Positions 20,405-30,536 of a DNA stretch of 64,000 nucleotides are shown here, piece by piece (positions within the stretch are counted from its first letter, which is position 1; every line of letters begins with the position of its first letter). The notes under the pieces were generated by a model. It did not search any database, was not told the origin of the DNA, and saw only the letters and a program-made list of their open reading frames with translations. The position numbers and the translations under genes are program-made. Source of the stretch: an uncultured Oscillospiraceae bacterium (GTDB lineage Bacteria > Bacillota > Clostridia > Oscillospirales > Oscillospiraceae); NCBI GenBank assembly GCA_944382995.1, contig CALWOF010000002.1, forward strand, positions 30,944 to 94,943, read 5' to 3'.

Positions 20405-21628
20405 GTGGACCTGTACAGCGGAGGCGGAAAGCGCCTGGCCAGAGGCCGGGGCGGCAGGCGTCTGCGGCGAAGGGGCATCATCTGCCTGATCCCCGCCGTG
20501 CTCCTGCTCTCCTGCGCCGCCCTGACCGCCGTTATCCTGCCCTGGCGGAGCGGGGCCGCGGATCCCCCGCCGGAGGCCGCCGGCGAGGTCCTTCCCGTCC
20601 AGGAGACCGTCTCCCCCTCCGAAGGCGAAGGGACCGACCCCGCGCCACAGCCCGGCCGGGCGGACGGGGAATTTCTCCTGAGCTTTGCCGGAGACTGCAC
20701 CCTGGGCGTGGAGCACGACAGCTGGGGCAACAGCGGGACATTCCCCGCAGTGGTGGGCACGGACTACGCCTATCCCCTCTCCGGCGTCCGTGATCTCTTC
20801 ACAGCGGACGACTTCACCTTCGTCAACCTGGAGTGTGCGCTGACGGATCACACCACCCCCGCCGAGAAGGAGTACCGCTTCCGCGGCCCGCCGGCCTACG
20901 GGCAGATCCTGAAGGAGGGCGGCGTGGACGCCGTGTCCCTGGCCAACAACCACAGTCTGGACTACGGGACGGCCGGCCTGCAGGAGACCCGTCAGGTGCT
21001 CTCGGACCTCTCCATCGCTGCCGGCGGCGACAAGGAGGCCCTCCTCTACACCACGGACCGGGGCTTGAAGATCGGCGTCTACACGGCCTATCACATCGGC
21101 AAGACGGAGGTCCGGCAGGCCATCGAGTCCCTGCGCCAGCAGGGGGCCCAGGTCATCATCGCCGCCTTCCACATGGGCACCGAGGGCTCCTATACCCCCA
21201 CCGCCTGGCAGAAGGAGATCTGCCGCTACGCCGCCGAGTGCGGCGCCCAGATCGTCTACAACAGCCACCCCCATGTGCTCCAGCCCATAGAGCGGTGGGG
21301 GGAGAGCGTCATCCTGTACAGCATGGGCAATTTCTGCTTCGGCGGCAACCGCAACCCCTCGGACAAGGACACCGCCGTGGTGCAGGTATCCGTGCAGGTG
21401 CAGGCGGACGGCACGGCGGAACTGGGAGAGGTCACCGTCATCCCCTGCTCCGTCAGCAGCCGCAGCGACCGCAACGATTACCGCCCGACCCCCTGTGGAT
21501 CAGACAGTGCGCAGGCCGCCCGGGTGCGGAGCAAGCTGGACGGCACCTTCCGTCCCCCGGCCCCCGCGCCGGCGGCGGAGACGGTCCCCGTCTCCGGCAG
21601 CGCCCCGGCAACAGCCCCGGCCCAGTGA
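20405..21628 (+). CDS. CapA (PGA_cap) family metallophosphoesterase, membrane-anchored
   Basis: FAGD, VNLE, SLANNHSLDYG, FHMG, HPHVLQ, YSMGNF. Confidence 0.9.
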   Translation: MDLYSGGGKRLARGRGGRRLRRRGIICLIPAVLLLSCAALTAVILPWRSGAADPPPEAAGEVLPVQETVSPSEGEGTDPAPQPGRADGEFLLSFAGDCTLGVEHDSWGNSGTFPAVVGTDYAYPLSGVRDLFTADDFTFVNLECALTDHTTPAEKEYRFRGPPAYGQILKEGGVDAVSLANNHSLDYGTAGLQETRQVLSDLSIAAGGDKEALLYTTDRGLKIGVYTAYHIGKTEVRQAIESLRQQGAQVIIAAFHMGTEGSYTPTAWQKEICRYAAECGAQIVYNSHPHVLQPIERWGESVILYSMGNFCFGGNRNPSDKDTAVVQVSVQVQADGTAELGEVTVIPCSVSSRSDRNDYRPTPCGSDSAQAARVRSKLDGTFRPPAPAPAAETVPVSGSAPATAPAQ

Positions 21629-21631
21629 GAG

Positions 21632-21663
21632 AAAAAACGCCCCGCCGGCCGGCGGGGCGTTTT
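21632..21663. terminator. bidirectional terminator
   Basis: AAAACGCCCCGCCGGCCGGCGGGGCGTTTT. Confidence 0.75.
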
Positions 21664-21772
21664 CATAGGCATTCTGCTGGATCCTATCGCCAGGGAAGCG
21701 CATGGCAGGTGCGGCCCGATCGCCACGCGGAAGAGGTGCGGCTTTGGGCCGGCGCCTTCGCCGGCAGGATGC

Positions 21773-21813
21773 AAAAAAGCCCGCCGCAGTCCAAAGGACT
21801 GCGGCGGGCTTTC
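21773..21813 (-). terminator. terminator of Gld-like ABC operon
   Basis: AAAAAAGCCCGCCGCAGTCC-aaa-GGACTGCGGCGGGCTTT. Confidence 0.8.
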
Positions 21814-21828
21814 TGCGGGTCGGGCGCT

Positions 21829-23238
21829 TCAGCCCAGGACGATGGCGTTCACTGCCTCCATCAGCGCCACCGCCTGACTGCGGGAGACGGAGCCCACCTG
21901 CTCGCCGTCCACCCGGGCGATGCAGGTCTCCCCGTCCGCCCGGCAGAGGGTGACGGAGACCTCGGGATTGCCCTCCAGGTCCAGCACGGCGGTCAGGGAG
22001 ATCTCCTCCGCGCCGGCCGGTCCGCCCTCAAAATCGCTGACAGCGAGGGACGTCAGAGCGTCCTCCACATCGGCGATGTCGATCTCCGTATCGTTGAAGG
22101 ACCACTCGGCGGCCTCGTCCCCGTCCGCCGCCTCTGTGCGGGTGAAGGTGTACGTCTCCCCGTCCAGGGTGAAGGTCAGGCTCTCCACGTGTTCGAAGTC
22201 CGCCGGCAGCACCTCCGTGTGGCGGAGGTCGTCGTAGGAGCAGGCCAGGATCTCCGCCAGATCGTCATAGCCGATCTCGTAGACGATGGCGCTCTCCCCC
22301 ACCCGCAGGTAGGCGATCGCCTCGTCATACGCGGAGATCTCCCCGCTCTCCTCCGCTGCTTCCAGCGCCTCCGCGACTTCGCTCCAGGGGGTCTCCCGGT
22401 CCGCCGGGGCCCGGGACACCGCCACGGTGACGGTCACTGTCTCCTCCGTCTCCAGGTCCTTGTAGGTCACGGCGGCGGTCAGCTCCGGGTCGTCCAGGCC
22501 GTACGACGCCAGATCCGCCCCGGCGGCCTTGTAGGTGGCGTAGTCGGTGAGGCTCAGGGCGGTCAGATGGGTGAGGTAGTCCTCCACCCGGTCCGTGTCC
22601 AGAGGCGCGCCGTCCAGATAGTAGATGTCCTCCTCCCGGAGGATGATCTGCTCCTCCGCCCCGGTGAAGGCGATGGACTCCACCTCCGGGAATGCGGGGA
22701 TGTCATCACCCAGCAGGAAGTCATCCAGTGCGGCCGCATAGACGTCCATGGGGTCCTCGTCCACCAGGTACACGGTGCCGTCTCCGAAGGTGAGATAGCG
22801 CTGGCTGTCCAGCTCGCTGAAGCTCCCCACCCGGATCTCATAGTCCGTGTCCCCGGCGGTGAGGCCGATGGCACACACCGGGTCCTCCAGGCCGTACTGG
22901 GCGGTGTCCGTCACGTCCTCGATGACAAAGGCCGCCCGGAGCTCCGCGAACCGGTCCAGCAGCTCCCCGATCTTTTCGCCGTCCACCGGGAACGCCTCGT
23001 CCCCGTCATAGATCCAGCCGTCCCCGTCTGTGCGGAAGGCCAGGGAGACCTCTTCGCCCGCCTCGTCCGTATAGGTCCACGACACGGCGGTCACCTCGTC
23101 GGCAGGCAGCTCAAAGACCACCTCTCCGCTCTCCCGGATGTCCTCCCGCGCCTCTTTTGAGAGGCTCATGGCCGCAGCGGCGCCCACAGATACCGCCAGC
23201 ACGCCGCCCAGGAGGATCAGTCTCGTCTTTTTTGTCAT
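21829..23238 (-). CDS. DUF4340 domain-containing protein
   Basis: N-terminal TM; repeated YGL(E/D)DP motifs; follows GldG-like gene. Confidence 0.75.
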   Translation of the reverse strand: MTKKTRLILLGGVLAVSVGAAAAMSLSKEAREDIRESGEVVFELPADEVTAVSWTYTDEAGEEVSLAFRTDGDGWIYDGDEAFPVDGEKIGELLDRFAELRAAFVIEDVTDTAQYGLEDPVCAIGLTAGDTDYEIRVGSFSELDSQRYLTFGDGTVYLVDEDPMDVYAAALDDFLLGDDIPAFPEVESIAFTGAEEQIILREEDIYYLDGAPLDTDRVEDYLTHLTALSLTDYATYKAAGADLASYGLDDPELTAAVTYKDLETEETVTVTVAVSRAPADRETPWSEVAEALEAAEESGEISAYDEAIAYLRVGESAIVYEIGYDDLAEILACSYDDLRHTEVLPADFEHVESLTFTLDGETYTFTRTEAADGDEAAEWSFNDTEIDIADVEDALTSLAVSDFEGGPAGAEEISLTAVLDLEGNPEVSVTLCRADGETCIARVDGEQVGSVSRSQAVALMEAVNAIVLG

Positions 23239-24638
23239 TTCAGGAGCCTCCTTCTCCGCACCACCAGGATGATGCCCGTCCCCAGGAAGGCCAGAGGGAT
23301 CAGGCCGATCATCACCACCTGCAGCAATCCGCTGACGGAGTCACTGATGGTGAGGTAGTTGTAGTTCAGGGATTTTGTCCGGATGGACAGCGTCTCGCTC
23401 TCGCCGATCAGCTGGCTGAGGGCGTTCATGGTGAAGTTCACATTGGCGCCGGAGCTGTAGGCGTTGTACATGTCGTCCAGGTAGGCGGAGGAGCTGACCC
23501 AGATGAGTTCGCCGCCGCTGTCACAGGCGATGTCCACCGCCAGGGCAAAGGGGCCGTCGATGTCCCCGTCCTCTTTTTCATAGGTGGCCATGTCGTAGCC
23601 CGCCGGTTTGCTGAAGGAGGCCTCGGAGGTGGTCAGCAGACTGGTGACGGAGGCGGAGGTGGTGTTCTCCCCCACGGTCAGCCCCGCCGCCAGAGGCACG
23701 ATCACATAGTATCCCTCCTCCAGAAGCGGAGCTGTGACGTCGCTCTCCGCCAGGTCCGGCATCAGCGCCACCGGAGAGGGATAGACGTAGTGGGCCTGGT
23801 CCTCCTCCACCACGATGCCCTCCGCCGCCGTGACGCCGTAGGGCTTCAGGAGGCTGTAGAAGTTGGGCAGCCCGGCAGCCTCCACGGGGCCGGCCATCAC
23901 CAGCAGGCGGCCGCCGCCGGCCACATAGGACGCCAGCGTGTCCCGCTCCGCCTCGGAGATGTCGCTCTGGGGCGCGTAAACGATGAGGCAGGCGACATCC
24001 TCCGGGATCTCGGCAGTATTCAGGAGGGAGAGGTCCTCCACGGTGATGTTCTCCTTCTCCAGGCTGTCGGCGAAGGTGGCCGGCAGATCCTCCTCCCCGT
24101 GGCCGGTGAGGGTATAGACCACCGGCTGGTCGGGGTTTGTCACATAGTCGATGGCGGAGGTGATGGCCCCCTCGCCGTCAAAGCTGGTGGAGTAGCTGTA
24201 GGAGTACATGGACGCGTCGGTGAGATAGATGTCCTCATAGCCGATATAGCGGCTGCGGTCGCCGCACTCCACCACCAGGGAGTTGTTGTAAACGGTGCCG
24301 TCCGTGTACTGCTCGGCGAAGGTGGGGTACACGTCCGGATTCCGCTTCTCCACGGTGATATGGTCCGAGAGGCTCTCGTACCGGTCCAGGAGCTTGCCGA
24401 TCACGTCGTCCTCCTCGTCGGCCTGGACGATCCAGTAGATGGTGACGTCCTCCGTCAGGGCGTTCACCACGCTCTTGGTGTTGCTGGTGACGGAGTAGAG
24501 CTTGCTGGCGCTGATGTCATACTCCGTGGCACCGGAGGGCATGGCGGAGACGAACACGTTCACCGCGATCAATATGGCCAGCACCACGGCGGTCACAGCG
24601 GCGGAATAGGCGCCACCCCGCATGGCGTTTTTCTTCAT
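23235..24638 (-). CDS. GldG-family ABC auxiliary component
   Basis: DISASKLYSVT, LTGHGE, APQSDIS..E, GGRLLV; TM at both ends. Confidence 0.8.
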   Translation of the reverse strand: MKKNAMRGGAYSAAVTAVVLAILIAVNVFVSAMPSGATEYDISASKLYSVTSNTKSVVNALTEDVTIYWIVQADEEDDVIGKLLDRYESLSDHITVEKRNPDVYPTFAEQYTDGTVYNNSLVVECGDRSRYIGYEDIYLTDASMYSYSYSTSFDGEGAITSAIDYVTNPDQPVVYTLTGHGEEDLPATFADSLEKENITVEDLSLLNTAEIPEDVACLIVYAPQSDISEAERDTLASYVAGGGRLLVMAGPVEAAGLPNFYSLLKPYGVTAAEGIVVEEDQAHYVYPSPVALMPDLAESDVTAPLLEEGYYVIVPLAAGLTVGENTTSASVTSLLTTSEASFSKPAGYDMATYEKEDGDIDGPFALAVDIACDSGGELIWVSSSAYLDDMYNAYSSGANVNFTMNALSQLIGESETLSIRTKSLNYNYLTISDSVSGLLQVVMIGLIPLAFLGTGIILVVRRRRLLK

Positions 24639-25501
24639 CAGTTGTACCTCCTCTTCTCCAGAGACTGCACGGAGAGGAACAGGAAGAAGGCGATCACGCT
24701 CAGGTAGAACACCACGGCCTTCAGGTCGAACACTCCGTTCACGAACACATAGAACCGTTCAAAGAGGGAGAGGGTCCCCATGATCTCCGGCAGCAGGCCC
24801 TCCAGAGCTTCCCGGTCGAGATTGTACAGGGCGATGGAGGCCGCGCTGAGGCCGAAGCCGGTCCAGTAGCCCAGGGTGCCGTTCCCTGTCAGCAGCTTGA
24901 GGAGGAGTCCCACGGCGCAGCTGATGGCCACCAGGGCGATGACGCTGCCCAGGGCGGAGGAGGACATATACTCCGAGAGGCTGACGCTGTAGTAGTTGAA
25001 GAGGATCACCGCGATGCCGATGCCGGCGGCCAGGCCCTGGTTGTCCGTCAGAGACGAGATGAACACTCCCACGGCCAGCAGCGCCGCCCCCAGCAGGAAG
25101 AAGGCGAAGAGGCTGCCGTAGCTGGTGGGCAGGTACACCTCGCCGAACCGGGCGAAGATCAGCGGGTACACAGCGATGATGGCCAGGGGCACCAGGTACA
25201 GCACCAGCAGCGCCGCGTACTTGCCCAGGATCACCTCCGTGGTGGAGACCGGCAGGGCATAGAGCAGCTGGTCCGTCCTCTGACGCCGCTCCTCCGCCAG
25301 CACCCGCATGGTGAGGATGGGGGCAATGACCACAAAGGCCAGACAGCTCAGGGACAGGACATACTCAAAATTGCTGACCGCCGCCTGGATGTTGTACATC
25401 ATGGCGCCGATGCCCACGAAGCACAGCAAAAACGATGCGAAGACCCAGGCCGACAGCGAGCGGAAGCTGCTCCGCAGCTCATGGGTGAAGATGGCTTTCA
25501 C
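24638..25501 (-). CDS. ABC-2 type (GldF-like) permease
   Basis: PILTMRVLAEERRQRTDQLL, ILGKY, SSLTDNQ. Confidence 0.85.
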   Translation of the reverse strand: MKAIFTHELRSSFRSLSAWVFASFLLCFVGIGAMMYNIQAAVSNFEYVLSLSCLAFVVIAPILTMRVLAEERRQRTDQLLYALPVSTTEVILGKYAALLVLYLVPLAIIAVYPLIFARFGEVYLPTSYGSLFAFFLLGAALLAVGVFISSLTDNQGLAAGIGIAVILFNYYSVSLSEYMSSSALGSVIALVAISCAVGLLLKLLTGNGTLGYWTGFGLSAASIALYNLDREALEGLLPEIMGTLSLFERFYVFVNGVFDLKAVVFYLSVIAFFLFLSVQSLEKRRYN

Positions 25502-26445
25502 GCGCTCTCTCCTCCTTCCGTCAGCTCCAGGAAGATGTCCTCCAGCGTGGCCTTTTTCACCCGCAGCTCACTGAGTGTGCTCCCGCTGGCGGCAAAGGCC
25601 CGGAAGATCTCCCGGGACAGGGCATACAGGTCGTCGCCCCCGGCGGTGACCGTCAGGCGGCAGCTCCCGGCGCCCTCCTCCGAGACGGTGACGGAGGCCG
25701 CGCCGGGGAGCTCCGCCACCAGCGCCCTGGCGGCGTCTGCGCCCGTGTCCGCGGCCACGGTGATCTCCCCCGGGGAGGAGAGCTGCTCCTCCAGCCGCTC
25801 CGGCGTGTCGAAGGCCACCAGCTTCCCGCGGGCGATGATGAGGATCTTGCTGCACATGGTCTGGACCTCGGAGAGGATGTGGGAGCTGATGAACACCGTC
25901 CGGGTCTTTCCCAGGGCCGCGATGAGCGCCCGGATGTCCAGGATCTGCAGGGGGTCCAGACCCACCGTGGGCTCATCCAGGATCACGAGCTCAGGCTGGC
26001 CCAGCAGGGCCTGGGCGATGCCCACCCGCTGGCGGTAGCCCTTGCTGAGGGCGTCGATCCGGCGCGAACGCATCTCGCCGATGCCGGTCTCCTCGATGAC
26101 CGCCTCCATCTGCTGCCGGAGCGTCTCGCCCCGGAGGCCCTTGGCCTCCCCCACAAAGCGCAGGTACTCCTCCGGCGTCTCCCCCAGGTAGAGGGATGGC
26201 TGCTCGGGCAGATACCCGATCCGCCGCTTGGCCTCCCTGGGCTGGTCATAGATGTCATATCCGGAGATCTTCACAGTGCCGGCAGTGGCGGAGAGACAGC
26301 CGGTCATGATGTTCATGGTGGTGGATTTTCCCGCGCCGTTGGGCCCCAGAAAGCCGTAGACACCGACTTCGGAGATCTCAAAGCTCAGATCGTCCACAGC
26401 GGTGACCGGGCCGTACCGCCGGGTCAGATGTTCCACTTGAAGCAT
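25498..26445 (-). CDS. ABC transporter ATP-binding protein (GldA-like)
   Basis: GPNGAGKST, LSKGYRQRVG, LDEPTVGLDP, TLEDIFLELT. Confidence 0.9.
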   Translation of the reverse strand: MLQVEHLTRRYGPVTAVDDLSFEISEVGVYGFLGPNGAGKSTTMNIMTGCLSATAGTVKISGYDIYDQPREAKRRIGYLPEQPSLYLGETPEEYLRFVGEAKGLRGETLRQQMEAVIEETGIGEMRSRRIDALSKGYRQRVGIAQALLGQPELVILDEPTVGLDPLQILDIRALIAALGKTRTVFISSHILSEVQTMCSKILIIARGKLVAFDTPERLEEQLSSPGEITVAADTGADAARALVAELPGAASVTVSEEGAGSCRLTVTAGGDDLYALSREIFRAFAASGSTLSELRVKKATLEDIFLELTEGGESA

Positions 26446-26475
26446 AGCGCGCCTCCTTTTCGCAGTTTCAGGGAC

Positions 26476-26508
26476 ATTCTAAACGCTCAACCTAAAAGGA
26501 AGCTAAAA
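26476..26508 (-). promoter_or_regulatory. response-regulator direct-repeat box plus -10
   Basis: minus strand TTTTAG-N5-TTTTAG-N10-TAGAAT. Confidence 0.7.
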
Positions 26509-26593
26509 GGCGGGCCGGATGTCCGCGGAAAGTGGGAGCCCATGTGCCGAAAGGCACATGGGCTCCCGCAGGAGATCTCTGGGCGTCCCGCCC

Positions 26594-27793
26594 TCAGTCG
26601 TATCGCAGGGCGTCGATGGGGTTGAGGACCGCCGCCTTCTTGGCGGGGAGGTATCCGAACGCGATGCCGATGCCGGCGCTGACGCCGAAGGCGATGAGCA
26701 CCGCCGCGACGCTGGGGCTGACGGTGATGGGGGTGTCCGGCATGACGCTGGCGATGACCGTCGTGGCCACGGCGGAGAGGCCGAAGCCCAGGATGATCCC
26801 CAGCACGCCCCCCAGGGCGGAGGTGGTGGCCGCCTCGATGACGAACTGGCGCATGATGGCGCTCTCCCGGGCCCCCAGGGCCTTGCGGATGCCGATCTCC
26901 CTCGTCCGCTCGGTGACGGACACCAGCATGATGTTCATGATGCCGATGCCGCCCACCACCAGGGAGATGGCGGCGATGCCCGCCAGGATGCAGATGATCA
27001 TGTTCACCATGGAGTTCATCTCGTCCACCATCTCCGACATGCTACCCACGGTGTAGGCGTCGTCATCCTCGAAGATGGCGTACAGGGCGTTTTCCAGGGT
27101 GGTCTTGGCCTCGTCGATGCGGTCCGTGTCCAGGACGGTGAGGGTGTAGCTGTTCACAGTCCCGGTGAAGCTGAGCCGGGCGGCGGTGGAGTAAGGGACG
27201 AACACGCAGTCGTCGGTGCCTCCCTCCTCCAGCCCGGTGCCCTTCATGGCCATGACCCCCACGATGGTGAAGGTGGTGCCGCCCACCTTCAGGGTCTGGC
27301 CCACGGCGGCGCCGCCGTAGTAGTACTGGTTCAGGTACTGCCCCACCACGCAGACCTTTTTCCGGCCCGTCATATCCGTATATTGGAGTCCCCGGCCCTG
27401 GGTGATCTCATAGCCCTTCATGGAGAAGTAGTCCTCGCTGACGCCGGTGACGGCGGTGGCGGAGAGGGTGCTGCTGCCGATCTTCACGGAGCCGGTCATG
27501 GCCACCGTGGGGGAGATCCGGCTGAAGGTGTCGCTGTTGTCCGCCACCAGCTGGTACATCTCCTCCTCCGACACGCTGCGGGAGGAGCCCCGGCCCATGA
27601 TGGACACGGTCAGGGAGTCGGTGCCCATGTCGGCGAAGCTGTCCTCGATGTACCCCTGCATGCCGTTGCCCAGGCCCACGATGACGATGACCGCGCACAC
27701 GCCGATGATGATGCCCAGCATGGTGAGGAAGGTCCGCATCTTGCTGGAGAGGATGTTCTGCACCGCCAGCTGAAAGGTCTCTGCCAGGCTCAT
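26594..27793 (-). CDS. MacB/YknZ-like ABC permease
   Basis: LTMLGIIIGV; GGIGIMNIMLVSVTERTREIGIRKALGA; PIDALRYD. Confidence 0.92.
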   Translation of the reverse strand: MSLAETFQLAVQNILSSKMRTFLTMLGIIIGVCAVIVIVGLGNGMQGYIEDSFADMGTDSLTVSIMGRGSSRSVSEEEMYQLVADNSDTFSRISPTVAMTGSVKIGSSTLSATAVTGVSEDYFSMKGYEITQGRGLQYTDMTGRKKVCVVGQYLNQYYYGGAAVGQTLKVGGTTFTIVGVMAMKGTGLEEGGTDDCVFVPYSTAARLSFTGTVNSYTLTVLDTDRIDEAKTTLENALYAIFEDDDAYTVGSMSEMVDEMNSMVNMIICILAGIAAISLVVGGIGIMNIMLVSVTERTREIGIRKALGARESAIMRQFVIEAATTSALGGVLGIILGFGLSAVATTVIASVMPDTPITVSPSVAAVLIAFGVSAGIGIAFGYLPAKKAAVLNPIDALRYD

Positions 27794-28533
27794 GCGTCCG
27801 CCTCCTTCCATCTCCCGGCCCGGCCGGGGGTGACCACCGCCTCGGGCGCGGTGGCGTCCCCGTCGTAGATCACGCGGCCGTCCTCCAGGCGGATGATCCG
27901 CTGGGCCTGGACGGCGATGGAGTTGTCGTGGGTGATGAGGACCACGGTGTTGCCCGCCGCGTGGAGCTGCTGGAGCATGGTCAGCACCTCCCGGCCCGTG
28001 TGGGAGTCCAGGGCGCCGGTGGGCTCATCCGCCAGGATCACCGCCGGGTCCCCGGCCAGGGCCCGGGCGATGGACGCCCGCTGCTGCTGGCCGCCGGAGA
28101 GCTGGCTGGGCTTGTTGCGCAGCTTGTCGCCCAGGCCCACCATCTCCAACGCCAGCCTGGACCGCTCGTGCCGCTCCCCTTTGGGAACGCCGGCGTACAT
28201 CAGCGGCACCTCCACGTTTTCCTGGAGGGTGAGCTTCGGCAGGAGGTTGTACTGCTGGAAGATGAACCCCAGCATCCGGTTGCGGATGGCCGCCAGCTGG
28301 TCCTTGTCCATCTGCCCCACACCCTGCCCGTCCAGAAGGTATATGCCGGCGGTGGGGACGTCCAGACAGCCGATGATGTTCATGCAGGTGGACTTGCCGG
28401 AGCCGGACTGGCCCACGATGGCCACGAACTCCCCCTTCTGGATCTGAAAGGAGATGTGGTCCGCCGCCTTGACCGTGGTGTCGCCCATCTGGTAGTATTT
28501 ACAGACCTCCTGAAATTCGATCAGCGCGCCCAT
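27790..28533 (-). CDS. MacB/YknY-like ABC ATP-binding protein
   Basis: GQSGSGKST, LSGGQQQR, ADEPTGALD, ITHD. Confidence 0.92.
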   Translation of the reverse strand: MGALIEFQEVCKYYQMGDTTVKAADHISFQIQKGEFVAIVGQSGSGKSTCMNIIGCLDVPTAGIYLLDGQGVGQMDKDQLAAIRNRMLGFIFQQYNLLPKLTLQENVEVPLMYAGVPKGERHERSRLALEMVGLGDKLRNKPSQLSGGQQQRASIARALAGDPAVILADEPTGALDSHTGREVLTMLQQLHAAGNTVVLITHDNSIAVQAQRIIRLEDGRVIYDGDATAPEAVVTPGRAGRWKEADA

Positions 28534-28534
28534 G

Positions 28535-30292
28535 TCAGAAGCCTCCCGGCATGCCGCCGCTGGGCATGCTGCCTCCGCTGGGCATACCGCCCGACGGCAT
28601 GGAGGGCATCTCGCCCATAGGCGTATCCCCCATGGGCATGCCGCCCATCATGCCCTCCGAGCTGCCGGAGCTGACGGCCTGGAGATAGGCCACGGTGTCC
28701 CCCTCCTGCAGGCCGGAGAGGATCTCGATGTAGCTGTTGTCGCTGACGCCGGTCTCCACCGGCACATAGACGTAGCCCTCCGGGGCCTCCTCGTCCAGCG
28801 CGTTGGCCGCGCTGGGCGAGTCCGCCGTCACCAGCACCATGTCCCCCCGGCTCACGGCTTCGGAGGGGATGGCGAGCACATCGTCCGCCGAGGAGACCAC
28901 GATCTCCGCATCCACGTTCATGCCCGGCAGCAGGCCATCCGTTTCATCGATGCGGACGGTGACGGGGTAGGTGGTGATGCCGCCCGAGGTGGTGCCTGCC
29001 ACGGACACCTCCGTCACCACGCCGGTGTAGGTGGTCCCCTCCACGGCGTCGGCGGTGATCCGGACCTCCTGGCCCACCTCCACGGAGCTGATGTCCAGCT
29101 CGTCGATGGACATGGTCATCTCCAGGTAGCTCAGGTCGTAGATGGTGCACAGCGTCCCGCTGGAGCCGCCCTCGATGTTGTCCCCGGCCTTTGCGGTCTT
29201 GGTGACCACGGTGCCGGAGATGGGAGCGGTGATGGAGTAGTCCTCCAGGTTCTCCTGGGCGTTCTCCAGGCTGGTGGCCGCATTGCTGACGCTGATCTGG
29301 GCGCTCTCGATGGAGTTGTCCACGCTGTCGCCGGTGATGGTGCACACCCGGTCCCCGTTGGAGATGGTGTCGCCCACCAGCCAGTCAAATCCCCGGATCT
29401 TGCCGGAGGCCTCCGCCGTGATGACGCTGCTGGCCCCCACCTTGATGGGCGCCTCGCCGTAGCTCATGTAGCTGCCGATGACGGCGCTGGCCGTGTAATC
29501 GGAGGTCAGAAGGCCTGGATTGGCCACGGTCACCCGCACCGTGGTCAGCGGAACGCCGGTGGAGACCGCCGCGGAGGAATTGGACACTGCCGTCACCGTT
29601 CCGATGAGGGTGTCGGCAAAGCCGTCGATGAAGACCGTGGCGCTCTGTCCGACGTAAAAATCACTGCTGTCGGCATAGGTGAAGGAGAAGTCGATGTACA
29701 TGTTCTCGTCCGCCACGATCCGCAGAAGCTCCGTACCGGCGTTGACGCTGTCGCCCTCGTTGACATAGATCTCGCTGACGGTGCCGCTCATGTCCGCCGT
29801 CGGGTATTTGGCGTCCACAGCCTGGGAATAGCTGTTCTGCGCCTGGGAATAACTGTTCTGGCTCTGGGTCAGGCTGCTGCTGGCATTGGAGGAGTCGATG
29901 GTGTAGAGCAGCTGTCCCTCCTCCACCTCGTCGCCCTTTTCAAAGGTGTCAGACAAAATCTCCCCGGACACCAGGGTATTCACGGTATAGGAGTCCGCCG
30001 GCTCCAGCGTTCCGCTGGCGGTGAGGGAGTTGGTGATGGACCGGCGTTCCACCGCCGCCTCCTGGTACTCCAGCACCGCAGAGGCGGTCTGCCCCTTTCC
30101 GTGCCAGATCACCGCGCCGCCGGCGACGGCGATCACCAGCACCAGAGCCAGCACCTTCCGCTTCTTTCCCCGCAGCAGCCGTTTTGTCCCGTCCCGCAGG
30201 CGCGCCAGCCGGGAGACCTGCGGCAGCGGAGCCGGGTCCTTCCCGGGGGCGGCGGCACCCTCCGTCGGCCGGATCTTGCATTCTTCACTCAT
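28535..30292 (-). CDS. efflux periplasmic adaptor (HlyD/YknX-like)
   Basis: lipoyl-like halves GDEVEEGQLL and ITAPISGTV; LLPGMNV; IEILSGLQEGD; start chosen from RBS and promoter position. Confidence 0.85.
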   Translation of the reverse strand: MSEECKIRPTEGAAAPGKDPAPLPQVSRLARLRDGTKRLLRGKKRKVLALVLVIAVAGGAVIWHGKGQTASAVLEYQEAAVERRSITNSLTASGTLEPADSYTVNTLVSGEILSDTFEKGDEVEEGQLLYTIDSSNASSSLTQSQNSYSQAQNSYSQAVDAKYPTADMSGTVSEIYVNEGDSVNAGTELLRIVADENMYIDFSFTYADSSDFYVGQSATVFIDGFADTLIGTVTAVSNSSAAVSTGVPLTTVRVTVANPGLLTSDYTASAVIGSYMSYGEAPIKVGASSVITAEASGKIRGFDWLVGDTISNGDRVCTITGDSVDNSIESAQISVSNAATSLENAQENLEDYSITAPISGTVVTKTAKAGDNIEGGSSGTLCTIYDLSYLEMTMSIDELDISSVEVGQEVRITADAVEGTTYTGVVTEVSVAGTTSGGITTYPVTVRIDETDGLLPGMNVDAEIVVSSADDVLAIPSEAVSRGDMVLVTADSPSAANALDEEAPEGYVYVPVETGVSDNSYIEILSGLQEGDTVAYLQAVSSGSSEGMMGGMPMGDTPMGEMPSMPSGGMPSGGSMPSGGMPGGF

Positions 30293-30340
30293 AGCGTTCA
30301 TCCTTTCCTTGCCCCGTGGCCGGGGGAGGTCTTCGGTGAC

Positions 30341-30373
30341 AGAATACCCCGCCAACTTAAAAGGAAGCTAAAA
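30341..30373 (-). promoter_or_regulatory. response-regulator direct-repeat box plus -10
   Basis: minus strand TTTTAG-N5-TTTTAA-N10-TATTCT. Confidence 0.7.
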
Positions 30374-30536
30374 GGGAAATGAAAATCCGACTGATATTTT
30401 TGGCTTCTGCGCCAAGTCCCCCAAAACGGTCACACCTTCGCCGCAAATCGGCCCTGCGGTCTCCCACAAGGGCCGAAACAGCGGCGGCAGGAGCCTGCCG
30501 CCGCTGTTCTCTCTTTCCCGGCGCCCATGACAGCGC

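Noticed and set aside
20405-21628. CapA gene as a poly-gamma-glutamate capsule locus
   Set aside because: No capB/capC in the window; stand-alone CapA-family genes are common.
28538-28660. Met/Pro/Gly/Ser low-complexity repeat tail of the adaptor protein
   Set aside because: Common disordered tail in this adaptor family; no sign of a distinct system.
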